Source of the DNA: Myxococcota bacterium | Lineage (GTDB): Bacteria; Myxococcota_A; Polyangia; Nannocystales; Nannocystaceae | Assembly (NCBI GenBank): GCA_039028615.1 | Contig: JBCCHT010000019.1 | Location: forward strand, 128,001-192,000 | Direction of reading: 5' to 3' | Length of the DNA: 64,000 nucleotides | Shown here: positions 38,806-48,082 of the stretch, in pieces | Layout of the letters: each line of letters begins with the position of its first letter | Position numbering within the stretch: position 1 is the stretch's first letter | Translations under genes and position numbers: made by a program | The notes under the pieces: generated by a model | What the model was told of the DNA's origin: nothing | Database searches by the model: none | What the model saw: only the letters and a program-made list of their open reading frames with translations

Positions 38806-39869
38806 GGTTCCGGCGGCTCACCTTGTCGCTCGGCTTGGCGATGGGCCTGACGGCGGCGGGCTCTCCCGACATCGCCCTGGCCGGCCCCTGAGCGGGTTGA
38901 AGCAACCCCAACCTCCCGGGTGGAGGTACGACCGCATATCAGACTCCGATGGATCGGGGCCGCCTTCGCTTCGGCGCCTCGATGCTCTACTCGTATATCA
39001 ACGCCGCCCACGACGTGGACCCGGAGCAGTTCGAGCCCGGCATTCCCTTCGAGGACCAGGCGGCCGAGCATCAGCTCGGCATCAACATGCTCGAGTGGGA
39101 CGTGGACGCGCAGTTCGGCGTGCACCGTCGCTTCGCCTTCGAGCTGATGCTGCCCATCCGCACCACGATCATCGATGCGTCCTTCGCCGACGCCCAGGGT
39201 CGGCCGCTGCCAAACTTCCAGAGCATTCACCACCGCGACGAAGTCATCGCGGGCGTGGGTGACCTGACCTTCGGCGGCCGCATCGGCCTGGTGCTCCCGG
39301 AGAACGTACCCCGCTGGACCCTGGCCCTGCGCACGGGCGTTTCGCTGCCCACGGGCAACACCGAGCCGGACCCCTTTGCCCTCGGGGCGGCCGGCCAAGA
39401 GCACCAGCACATGTTCTTCGGCTCCGGGACCGTCGATCCGCGGATCGGCTTCGACACCAACGTGGCCTTCGATCGCTGGGGCCTGGTGGGGTGGTCCCTG
39501 CTCGAGGCGCCGCTGTACTCGAACAAGCACGGCTACCGCGGCAGTACCGTCGTCGTCGGCGGCATGGGAGCGCAGTCGGGCTTCGGCCTGCAGCGCTGGT
39601 CGTTTCTCGTGCAGCCCGAGGTCTACTTCGAGACGCCCGCGCGCTGGAACGACACCCTCGCTCGCAACAGCGGCCGTACCAGCCTCATCGCGACCGCGGG
39701 AGCCTTCTTCTTGCCGACTCCGCAGTGGCGCCTGCATGCGCTGGTCAAGGTGCCCTACGCCACCTTCGCTCGCGGCGGGCAGCTGCGCTGGCCCATCGTC
39801 GCGCTCCTGGGCTTCAGCTACACCGTCCAGGTCGGCAAGCCCGAGCGCGACGGCCATCACCACGGCTGA
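38802..39869 (+). CDS. Exported outer-membrane beta-barrel-like protein with N-terminal U-A-G-U; candidate di-selenocysteine selenoprotein (355 aa)
   Basis: ATG overlaps the upstream stop (ATGA); signal peptide ending ALA; in-frame TGAs at 38889 and 38898; frame continues into ORF 38949-39869 (GVGD, GVSLPTG, GSGTVDP); C-terminal HHH. Confidence 0.75.
38911..38927 (+). promoter_or_regulatory. Candidate bacterial SECIS hairpin
   Basis: ACCTCC-CGGGT-GGAGGT; loop starts 16 nt after the second TGA and 25 nt after the first; G in second loop position. Confidence 0.6.
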
Positions 39870-39880
39870 CGCCGGATCGC

Positions 39881-40729
39881 TCAGGTCCCCGACACCAGGC
39901 GCTGCAGAGCGAGGGTGGCCCCGAAGGCCAGCACGGCGAAGGGGATGAGGTCGGGCCGCCCCGCGTGCGCGACGAGCAGCGCGTCGACCAGCGCGATGCC
40001 GGCAATGAGCGAGATGATGCCCGTGCGGATCGAGCCCGAAGCCCGTCCTCGCACGAGGCGAAGGCAACGAAGCACCCACAGGCAGAAGCCTGCGAACAGG
40101 CCTTTGACCAGCATGGGCCCGAGCACCAGGCTCCAGGTCACCACCGCGGGGCTCCACAAGCCCGCCAGCGGGCCGTAGCGCACCAGGGCGTTCGTGTTCT
40201 CGTGCGCCGCGGCAAAGGTCAGCCCGAGTACGTACAGCAGCAGCACCGCCGCGCCGAGCCACACGGCGACGGGCAGCGTCCAGGTCACGGACAAGGCCGC
40301 GGTCAGGTACAGACCCACCCGGCACGCCCCCATGATCACGGGCCCGAAGGGGTTGCCCTTGTGGTTGACGTTGTAGGCGACGATGAGACCGATGGTGCCC
40401 GCAGCACCCAGCAGCGGTCCCAGGCCGAGGCTTCCCGCCACGACCAGGGCGAGCACGAAGAGCAGGCCGACCGCACGCAGGACCTCGCCGGCTCGGACCT
40501 CGCCCGAGGGGATCGGCCGCTCCGCTCGTTCCTTGGCGTCGATCTCGGCGTCGCAGTAGTCGTTGAGGAACATGCCGCCGACGTACAGCAGCGAGGCCAT
40601 GAGCCCCAGCCGACCGTACACGCTGGGCGTGAGGGCTCCGCCCGCCAGCACCAGGCCCGCCAACACGTTGCTCCACACGGTGGGGAGGTTGGACACGCGA
40701 CCGAGTTTGAGCGCCGTCGAGAGTTTCAT
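39881..40729 (-). CDS. eboC: UbiA-family prenyltransferase, EboC
   Basis: LGRVSNLPT, GMFLNDYCDAEIDAKERAERPIPSG, AYNVNHK, MGACR; ebo context. Confidence 0.88.
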   Translation of the reverse strand: MKLSTALKLGRVSNLPTVWSNVLAGLVLAGGALTPSVYGRLGLMASLLYVGGMFLNDYCDAEIDAKERAERPIPSGEVRAGEVLRAVGLLFVLALVVAGSLGLGPLLGAAGTIGLIVAYNVNHKGNPFGPVIMGACRVGLYLTAALSVTWTLPVAVWLGAAVLLLYVLGLTFAAAHENTNALVRYGPLAGLWSPAVVTWSLVLGPMLVKGLFAGFCLWVLRCLRLVRGRASGSIRTGIISLIAGIALVDALLVAHAGRPDLIPFAVLAFGATLALQRLVSGT

Positions 40730-41994
40730 GGGGTGCGGTCTTTCGAGGTCAGAGGAACGCGGCAGTGATCGAGGACCCAGCGTAGCTCCCGAGTGATGGC
40801 ATCGGTCAGCGGCACGTCGCGCAGCGTGGGCGGAAGCACGCTCCACGTATAGGTCTCGACCTCCACGTGATCGCATAGCCCCGCGCCGAGGACCTCGTGC
40901 AGCAGCGCCTCGAGCACGCCGTCGGTATTGCGAAAGGGCGGGATCTCGGACTGGAAGACGGGCACGTGGTAGTGCACGCGCCAGCTTTGCGCGGGGCACT
41001 CGCCCGCCGCGTGAGCGGCCATGGCCTGCGGTAGGTCGAGGAAGCGGCGGAGCGAAGCTCCCTGCTCCGAAGTCTCGTCGAGTCGGGCGACGACCTGATG
41101 GAGGTAGACGTCCTCCGCGAACGCCTTCAGGTGCTCGAGCGCCGACGCGTCGACCGGCTCGATGTGGAGCCCGGTCGTGGCCTGGAGCTTCGCCACCCGC
41201 ACGCCCGCCGCACGCAGGGCCGCGACGCTCCGCGCAGGGTCTTCGTACTCGACCGCGGCATGGCAGGTATCGAGGCACAGGCCCAGGTGGTAGCGCAGCG
41301 CCTCCTCGGCTTTCGACGGGCTCAGCCCGGTGAGCGCCACCATGCGCCGCGTGGCCTCGGCCGACCACAGGCGTGCCTCGAAGAACGCAATGGCCTCGGC
41401 GGTGGTCTCGAGCATGCACTCGGGCTCGGGCTCGAGGGCCAACGCGATGTCGACCCCGCGCTCTTCGGCGTGGCGCCACAGCATCGCCGCGGTCCGCAGC
41501 AGGTGCTCGACGAGTGCATCCGGGGGCGCCGACGGGTCGTAGCCCTCACTCCGCGGACCGACGAGCGGCCGAAAGCCTCCTGGGACCGTGCTGATCGAGC
41601 CTCGGACCCCCGCGGGCAACAGCCGGGCGAGGATCGTGGCGAGCACCTCGGTATAGCGAAGCCGCTCGGCCGTGCTCCAGTCGGGCTGGTAGACCGACTC
41701 TTTGACCGGCTGCGCGTGGAAATCCCCGTGCGGGAACCCGTTGAGCGTGAACACGTAGAGCCCGCGCTCGTCGAGAGCATCGGCGAACGCATCGAGTCCC
41801 CCGGGTGCGGCCATGAGTTCATCCGCCGCGCGGGCGGACAACCGCAGGCCGATGCCGAAGGGGGCATCGGGACTGAGCGCCGCCTTCACGGTGGGCGCAT
41901 GCGTCAGCACGTTATCGCGGGTCTCCGCCCAGCTCTCCCCCGGGTGGATGTTGCTGCAGTACGTCAGGTGTACTGCGCCATCGAGAATGCGCAT
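40726..41994 (-). CDS. eboE: Metabolite traffic protein EboE (TIM barrel)
   Basis: LTYCSNIHPGESW, GIGLRLS, TLNGFPHGDFH, VKESVYQPDW, LEPEP, WRVHYHVP, EVETYTW. Confidence 0.92.
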   Translation of the reverse strand: MRILDGAVHLTYCSNIHPGESWAETRDNVLTHAPTVKAALSPDAPFGIGLRLSARAADELMAAPGGLDAFADALDERGLYVFTLNGFPHGDFHAQPVKESVYQPDWSTAERLRYTEVLATILARLLPAGVRGSISTVPGGFRPLVGPRSEGYDPSAPPDALVEHLLRTAAMLWRHAEERGVDIALALEPEPECMLETTAEAIAFFEARLWSAEATRRMVALTGLSPSKAEEALRYHLGLCLDTCHAAVEYEDPARSVAALRAAGVRVAKLQATTGLHIEPVDASALEHLKAFAEDVYLHQVVARLDETSEQGASLRRFLDLPQAMAAHAAGECPAQSWRVHYHVPVFQSEIPPFRNTDGVLEALLHEVLGAGLCDHVEVETYTWSVLPPTLRDVPLTDAITRELRWVLDHCRVPLTSKDRTP

Positions 41995-41996
41995 GG

Positions 41997-43199
41997 TCAG
42001 CCCGCGCGCGCGTGGGTCGGAATGGACTCGACGACCGAGGTCATGAGCGCATGGTCGATCTCGTGGATCTCGAAGCCCTGGCCGAGCCCCTCGAGCAAGG
42101 TCAGGGTCAGCTCGCCCCCCAGGTGCTCGCGAAACTCCTCGAGACCCACGAGCAGCTCGAGCTCCCCCTTGGGCGCGCGCCTCAGCTGCGCTTCGTGCCA
42201 CGTGGGCAGGCCCAGCGCGACCAGCAGGCTCTCGATGCGCTGCGCGGCCTCGGCGTCGAGCCGACCGATCTCGACCGAGTAACGGCTGTCGATGGTGATG
42301 CCGATGGACACCGCCTCGCCGTGACGCAAGCCGTGCCCGCTGAGCACCTCGAGCTTGTGCGCCGACCAGTGGCCAAAATCCAGGGGCCGCGCGCTGCCGT
42401 TTTCGAATGGGTCCCCACCGTCGCGAATGTGCTCGAGGTGGAGCTCGGCACAGCGGCGGATCATGTAGGCGGTGGCATCGGGCTCACCCACGCGCAGGTC
42501 GTGAGCGTGGGCCTCCATCCACTCGAAGAACGCGACGTCCTTGATCAGCGCGACTTTCACCGCCTCGGCCATTCCCGCCAAGCGGTCGCGCTCGCTGAGG
42601 CTGAACACGAAGTCGAGATCGTTGATGACCGCCGACGGCGGCGCAAAGGTCCCCAACGCGTTCTTGTGACCGAACGCATTGATGCCGTTCTTCACGCCGA
42701 CCCCGGCATCGTTTTGCGCGAGCACCGTAGTCGGCAATCGCACGACTCGAATGCCGCGGTGCGCCAGTGCTGCCGCATAGCCCGCCGCGTCGAGCACCGC
42801 GCCTCCACCGATGATCATCACCGTGCAGTGGCGATCGAGATGGGCGGCAAAAAACGCCGCCTGCAGCTCGTGGATCAACGCGGGATCGTTCTTCGCCGCC
42901 TCGCCTCCGACCAAGGATCGCGGGGGCGCGGCGAGCTCGAGCACATCGGCGTGATGGTCGAAATACGCCTGGATTCGGGCATTCAGCTCGGGCCAGGCCT
43001 CGAGCACCCCGCTGTCGACGACCACGAAGACCCGACACTTGCGGCCCTCGGACGACCCCGCTTGCTCGACCAGGGTCGTGCGCAGCACGAGGTCGTGGGG
43101 GGCCAACACGCCGCGGGTGAACACCACCGGGTAGTCGAACACCACCCCTACGCGTTGCGCCCAACGGTGGGTCACGGCCCCGCCCATGTGCCCGTCCAT
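41997..43199 (-). CDS. eboD: 3-dehydroquinate synthase-like sugar-phosphate cyclase, EboD
   Basis: GGEAAKN, IGGGAVLD, HRGI...PTTVLAQNDAGVGVKN, AEAVKVALI, RPLDFGHWSAHKLE, HGEAV. Confidence 0.88.
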   Translation of the reverse strand: MDGHMGGAVTHRWAQRVGVVFDYPVVFTRGVLAPHDLVLRTTLVEQAGSSEGRKCRVFVVVDSGVLEAWPELNARIQAYFDHHADVLELAAPPRSLVGGEAAKNDPALIHELQAAFFAAHLDRHCTVMIIGGGAVLDAAGYAAALAHRGIRVVRLPTTVLAQNDAGVGVKNGINAFGHKNALGTFAPPSAVINDLDFVFSLSERDRLAGMAEAVKVALIKDVAFFEWMEAHAHDLRVGEPDATAYMIRRCAELHLEHIRDGGDPFENGSARPLDFGHWSAHKLEVLSGHGLRHGEAVSIGITIDSRYSVEIGRLDAEAAQRIESLLVALGLPTWHEAQLRRAPKGELELLVGLEEFREHLGGELTLTLLEGLGQGFEIHEIDHALMTSVVESIPTHARAG

Positions 43200-43238
43200 C
43201 GCGGCGGATGGTAGCTCAGGCCCAAGCAGTGGTCCACA

Positions 43239-43673
43239 ATGCCCGCCATGGACCCGAGCGAGCAGAACCAATCGCAACGATGGCTACAGCGCTTCCTCGA
43301 AGAACACCAAGCGGTGGCGGGCACGGTCCATCGACTCGACCGACAAACCCAGGATTTGCACCTCGAAGCCGCGGTCAACATCCCCCCCAAGGTGCAGGAC
43401 GCGACCCGGGTGATTCCCCGAGGCAAAGGCATGGCGGGTCTCGCACTCGAGCGCCATCGCCCCGTGTCCACCTGCAACCTCGCGACCGACGAAGGCAACC
43501 CCGACGTGCGCCCCGGGGCACGCGCGGTGGAAGCCGCGGCCGCAATCGCGCTGCCCGTCGATGACGACGCGGGTCAGGTGCGGGCCGTGGTGGGCATCGC
43601 CTACGCGAGCGAGCGGCCGATCGACGACGCTCTGCTCGCTCCGCTGCAGGCCGCGGTCACCACCCTGCCCTAG
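43239..43673 (+). CDS. Stand-alone GAF domain protein
   Basis: IPRGKGMAGLA...PV..CNL; IALPV...VVGIA. Confidence 0.8.
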   Translation: MPAMDPSEQNQSQRWLQRFLEEHQAVAGTVHRLDRQTQDLHLEAAVNIPPKVQDATRVIPRGKGMAGLALERHRPVSTCNLATDEGNPDVRPGARAVEAAAAIALPVDDDAGQVRAVVGIAYASERPIDDALLAPLQAAVTTLP

Positions 43674-44380
43674 GACTTCGACAGACCGAGCACGTACTGC
43701 AGGTCGTCGGAGAGCGCCCGACCGGCCGCGGTGCGCTCGCTGGCGTAGCCCCGAGCCATCCGTTCGAGCTCGGCGCCATGACGCTGCTCGATGCCCACGA
43801 TCTCGCGCGCGGGCGCCCCGATGAACAACGCCTTGAGCACCATCTGGTTGAAGCTCGCCTCGGAGAAGTGCTCGGCCGGATACGGGTTTTTTGTGGCCAA
43901 GGCCGAGAACACCGACACCGCGTTGGTGCGACAGGCATCGACCGCGAGGTCGACGAAGCGTTCGGGTCCCGGCAAGTAGCTCAGGCTGCGCAGGAGGCTC
44001 TCCTGCTCGCTCAGCTCGCCGCTGCGGAACAGACGCGTGACCAGCCCCACGTGCTCGTCACTCGAGAGCGTATCGAGCTGCGCGTGGAGCAAGGCCAGTC
44101 GCGCGAGGTCGAACGCGCGCCAGCTCGGCACGGCCATGGCGTCCGGCAACCCATGCGCCGCGGCAGCCTCGGCATCGATCTCGATCGACGTCGCGCCCGT
44201 CTTGCGGCGCGCCCGGGCAAAGACGATCCGCAGCGTACGCTCCTGGGGGCTGCCCTCGGTGGGCCCGTCGTCGCCGAAGCTCGGGAGGGTCTCGTCGAGC
44301 CAGGTCTTGGCCGGCTGTAGGCCCTGCCCTTCCAGCAATGCGAGCACACCGACGACCAGCGGGGTCCGAGGGGAGACCAT
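43670..44380 (-). CDS. eboA: EboA domain protein
   Basis: ARLALL, GELSEQESLLRSL, DACRTN, NPYPA, FNQMVLKALF, YASERTAAGR. Confidence 0.9.
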   Translation of the reverse strand: MVSPRTPLVVGVLALLEGQGLQPAKTWLDETLPSFGDDGPTEGSPQERTLRIVFARARRKTGATSIEIDAEAAAAHGLPDAMAVPSWRAFDLARLALLHAQLDTLSSDEHVGLVTRLFRSGELSEQESLLRSLSYLPGPERFVDLAVDACRTNAVSVFSALATKNPYPAEHFSEASFNQMVLKALFIGAPAREIVGIEQRHGAELERMARGYASERTAAGRALSDDLQYVLGLSKS

Positions 44381-44406
44381 CGCGGCGACGCTATCACAGC
44401 CCCGCG

Positions 44407-45042
44407 TCAGGCCTCGTCAGCGCCGGACTCGAACCGACGGCCCCACACCCACGCCAAACCGGCGAGCCCGAGCACCGCGCCGAAGATCAACAACGAGTCG
44501 TCGAACGACACGCCCCAGGCTCCGACCAACGCGAACGCCACCGCCGCCGGGATCGACCCCACTGCGCTCGCGACGAGCATCTTGGTCCACCCGAACGATG
44601 AAGTCCCGGCGAGAATGGCTACGCTTTCGGCGACGATGGGCACGGGTCGCGTCGCGATGATGGCGACCATGCCCCAGCGCTGCAACAACGCGTCGGCGCG
44701 GGCGCGCTGCTGCTCGGTCACCAGACGATCCAGCCACCGTCCCCCGCGGCGACCGATGCCGAAGCCGACGGCCGCCGCCGCCACGCTCCCCACCAGCGAC
44801 AACGCAGCGCCGAGCACCGCACCGAAGAGCACCCCGTGGGCGATCATGATCACGGAGGCGGGCACGGGGATCAGCACGTCGGCGACGAGCAAGCCGACGC
44901 CCACCAACGCCGCGAGTACGCCTCCCCCCGACATCGCCTGGTTGGGGTCTCGCAATACCGAAATGTCGAAGGCTTCGACCGCACCGAAGAGGGCCAAGAA
45001 GAACATCGCCATCCCGGCGAAGATCCCGACGTAGCGCCCCAT
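44407..45042 (-). CDS. DedA/VTT (TVP38/TMEM64) family membrane protein
   Basis: LLVADVLIPVPAS, G.LFG..LG, RWG..AII.TRPVPIVAE. Confidence 0.87.
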   Translation of the reverse strand: MGRYVGIFAGMAMFFLALFGAVEAFDISVLRDPNQAMSGGGVLAALVGVGLLVADVLIPVPASVIMIAHGVLFGAVLGAALSLVGSVAAAAVGFGIGRRGGRWLDRLVTEQQRARADALLQRWGMVAIIATRPVPIVAESVAILAGTSSFGWTKMLVASAVGSIPAAVAFALVGAWGVSFDDSLLIFGAVLGLAGLAWVWGRRFESGADEA

Positions 45043-45120
45043 GCGGGCGGACCATAGCACCTCCCCTGCTTCGACCTGCGTGCTACGGTGCCGCCCGAAC
45101 TTCGCGCCCGAGACGCTCCG

Positions 45121-46032
45121 ATGCCGCTTTTCGATCCTCATATCCACATGACCTCCCGGACCACCGACGACTACGAGGCCATGGCGGCGGCCGGGATCGC
45201 GGCCATCGTCGAGCCGGCGTTCTGGCTCGGTCAGCCGCGGACCCACGTCGGCTCCTTCGAGGACTACTTCCTGTCCCTGCTCGGCTGGGAACGCTTCCGC
45301 GCCAGCCAGTTCGGCATTCGCCACTTCTGCACGATGGGGCTCAACCCCAAAGAGGCCAACAACGAGGCCTTGGCCAAGGGGGTCATGGATCTCCTGCCTC
45401 TGTACCTCGAAAAGGAAGGCGTGGTCGCGGTCGGAGAGATTGGCTACGACGACATGAGCGACGCGGAGCACGAGCTGTTCGCGGCGCAGGTTCGGCTGGC
45501 GGTGGAGTTCGAGCTCCCGGTCCTCATCCACACCCCGCACCGAGACAAGCACGCGGGCACGCTTCGCACCCTCGAGCTCATGCGCGAGCTGGGCTTTCCC
45601 CCTGAACTCACCCTCGTCGATCACAACACCGAAGAGACCCTCGGCGCCGTGCTCGAGTCGGGGTGCTGGGCGGGGCACTCCATCTATCCCGAGACCAAGA
45701 TGGACGAGCACCGCATGGTCGCGCTGGTCCAGAAGTACGGACCCGAGCGCATCCTGGTCAACAGCGCGGCCGACTGGGGCGTCAGCGATCCACTCAAGGT
45801 GCCCAAGACCGCCGCCGCCATGCGCGAGGCGGGCATCTCCGAGGCCGCCATCGAGCAGATCTGCTGGAACAACCCAGTGCGGTTCTTCGCCCAGAGCGGC
45901 CGGCTCGATCTCGAAGAGGTCGACACCGCGCTGAGCGTCGATCAGCGCGAGCTGTGGCAGGGCAACTCCGTGCTCCGCGGGCAGTCGCCGCGCATCGACG
46001 AAGGGGACTCGGGCGCAGGAAACCCGGCATGA
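45121..46032 (+). CDS. eboB: TatD-family hydrolase, EboB
   Basis: FDPHIHMTSRTTDDY, EPAFWLGQPR, GLNPKEAN, VGEIG, IHTPHRDK, DHN, NSAADWG.SDPL. Confidence 0.92.
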   Translation: MPLFDPHIHMTSRTTDDYEAMAAAGIAAIVEPAFWLGQPRTHVGSFEDYFLSLLGWERFRASQFGIRHFCTMGLNPKEANNEALAKGVMDLLPLYLEKEGVVAVGEIGYDDMSDAEHELFAAQVRLAVEFELPVLIHTPHRDKHAGTLRTLELMRELGFPPELTLVDHNTEETLGAVLESGCWAGHSIYPETKMDEHRMVALVQKYGPERILVNSAADWGVSDPLKVPKTAAAMREAGISEAAIEQICWNNPVRFFAQSGRLDLEEVDTALSVDQRELWQGNSVLRGQSPRIDEGDSGAGNPA

Positions 46033-47432
46033 ACCGAACGGTCGTCCTCGACGTCGTCGGCCTCACCCCCAGCCTGCTCGGCCCCGACACGCCCCGCCTG
46101 CAGCAGTTTGCCGAGCGGGGCACCCTGCGACCGATCCAGACGATCACCCCGGCCGTCACCTGCTCGGTGCAGTCGACCTTCGTGACCGGGGCGCTGCCGC
46201 GCGAGCACGGCTGCGTCGCCAACGGCTGGTACTTCCGCGATCTGGCCCAGGTGTGGCTGTGGCGTCAGGCCAACGCGCTGGTCGGCGGCAACAAGCTGTG
46301 GGATCTGGCCCGCGCTCGCGACGATCGCTTCCGCTGCGCCAAGTTGTTCTGGTGGTACAACATGTACGCGGACGTGGACTGGGCCGTGACCCCACGTCCG
46401 ATCTACCGGGCCAACGGGCGCAAGCACCCCGACGTGCACACCAGCCCGGTCGGGCTGCGTGAGCGGCTCGATGGCGAGCTGGGCACCTTCCCCCTGTTCA
46501 ACTTCTGGGGACCGAACGCCAACATCACCTCCTCGCAGTGGATCGCCGACTGTGCCTCGCTCATGGAGCGCTGGCACGAGCCCACGCTGAGCTTGGTCTA
46601 CCTGCCGCACCTGGACTACGCCCTGCAGAAGTACGGGCCGGGTGCCCCCGAGAGCCGAGCCGCCCTGCGCGAGATCGATACGCTCTGCGGAGAGCTCATC
46701 GAGCGCTTCGAGGCGGCCGGGCTTCGCATCGTCGTGCTGTCCGAGTACGGCATCACCCCCGTCACCGGGCCCGTCCACATCAATCGAGCCCTGCGCGAGG
46801 CCGGCCTGCTCGGCTGGCGCGAAGAGATGGGCGAGGAGCACTTCGACGCGGGCGCGTCACAGGCCTTCGCGGTGGCGGACCATCAGATCGCCCACGTCTA
46901 CGTGCGAGACCCGGGTCAGATCGCCGAGGTCAAAGCGCTGCTCGAGAAGCTCGATGGCGTGGACGAAGTCCTCGATCGGGAGTCCATGGCGGCCTACGGC
47001 CTCGACCATCCACGCTCGGGCGAGCTGGTGGCCTTGAGCAAGCCCGAGCGCTGGTTCTCCTACTACTACTGGCTCGACGACGCGCGCGCCCCCGACTACG
47101 CCCGCACCGTCGACATCCATCGCAAGCCGGGCTACGACCCCGCCGAGCTGTTCCTCGACCCGCAGTTGCGCGCCCCCATGCTGCGCATCGGGTCGTATCT
47201 GCTGCGCACCAAGGTCCTGGGCCAGCGCGCCCTGCTCGACGTCATTCCGCTCGACGGCAGCCTCGTCCGCGGCTCCCATGGCCGGGTCACCGCGAGCGCC
47301 GAAGACGGGCCGCTGTTCATCACCAACGCCCCGGAACAGCTCCGCGACGCCAATGGTGCCCTGCTCGGCGACAGCCAGAGCCTCGAGGCCACGGCCGTAC
47401 AGGGGGTGCTCCTGCGTCACCTCTTCGACTGA
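46029..47432 (+). CDS. eboF: Alkaline phosphatase / nucleotide pyrophosphatase family protein, EboF
   Basis: VLDVVGLT, PAVTCSVQ, NGWYFRD, YLPHLDY, SEYGI, DHQIAH, DIHRKPGYDP, GSHG. Confidence 0.92.
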   Translation: MNRTVVLDVVGLTPSLLGPDTPRLQQFAERGTLRPIQTITPAVTCSVQSTFVTGALPREHGCVANGWYFRDLAQVWLWRQANALVGGNKLWDLARARDDRFRCAKLFWWYNMYADVDWAVTPRPIYRANGRKHPDVHTSPVGLRERLDGELGTFPLFNFWGPNANITSSQWIADCASLMERWHEPTLSLVYLPHLDYALQKYGPGAPESRAALREIDTLCGELIERFEAAGLRIVVLSEYGITPVTGPVHINRALREAGLLGWREEMGEEHFDAGASQAFAVADHQIAHVYVRDPGQIAEVKALLEKLDGVDEVLDRESMAAYGLDHPRSGELVALSKPERWFSYYYWLDDARAPDYARTVDIHRKPGYDPAELFLDPQLRAPMLRIGSYLLRTKVLGQRALLDVIPLDGSLVRGSHGRVTASAEDGPLFITNAPEQLRDANGALLGDSQSLEATAVQGVLLRHLFD

Positions 47433-47440
47433 CGCCGCCC

Positions 47441-47968
47441 TCAGTTCTCGGGCAGGCCGGCGTCGATCCAGTCGACCAGCATCTGGCGCTCTTCGTCCGT
47501 CGGCAAGGTCGCGCCAACGGGGAACTGGCCGGCCGGGGGCTCGCCCGCGCAGTTGTCGAGCATCGAGCCCACGGGGGCCGTGCCGCAGCGAATGCTCGCG
47601 GCCTCGGACTCGACGACCGACAGCATCGTGTAGTCGCGCAGAGCGTCACCTGCCCCGTGGCACTCCCAGCAGTAGCTCTCGAAGAAGCTCTCCGCGAAGT
47701 TGTCCCAGGTCGGCGCGGCCGCTCCGGTCTCGCCGCTCGAGTCGGCCGCGGTGGAGCTGCCGTCGAGCGTGTCGGAGCTGGAGCCAGTGGCCGACGTGGT
47801 GCTCGTGGCCGCGCCGGAAGACTCCTCCCCCGCGCCCCCGGAGCTGGAGGTCGCGCCCGTGTCCGCCGCCGTCGTCGAGCCGCCCGCGGTCGTCGTGGTG
47901 TCTCCGCTGCCATCATCACCACAGGCGACGGCGAGGACCAGGACACAGCTCAACGTTAGTCTCTGCAT
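47441..47968 (-). CDS. Small lipoprotein with a CxxCH heme-binding motif
   Basis: Lipobox AVAC; S/T linker; FFESYCWECHG...WIDAG. Confidence 0.75.
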   Translation of the reverse strand: MQRLTLSCVLVLAVACGDDGSGDTTTTAGGSTTAADTGATSSSGGAGEESSGAATSTTSATGSSSDTLDGSSTAADSSGETGAAAPTWDNFAESFFESYCWECHGAGDALRDYTMLSVVESEAASIRCGTAPVGSMLDNCAGEPPAGQFPVGATLPTDEERQMLVDWIDAGLPEN

Positions 47969-48082
47969 GACGGGCACCCTACGTGCTGGCGTCGGGGGCT
48001 GTCACCTCTCGCGACGAAACGAGGGGCGCCCGCGGGCCCAGGCCGAAGCCCGAGCCCGCGGGAGGTTGGGGATGGGGGTGCG

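Noticed and set aside
41997..43199. Housekeeping aroB
   Set aside because: The DFGHWSAHKLE variant and the eboE/eboC context indicate the EboD subfamily.
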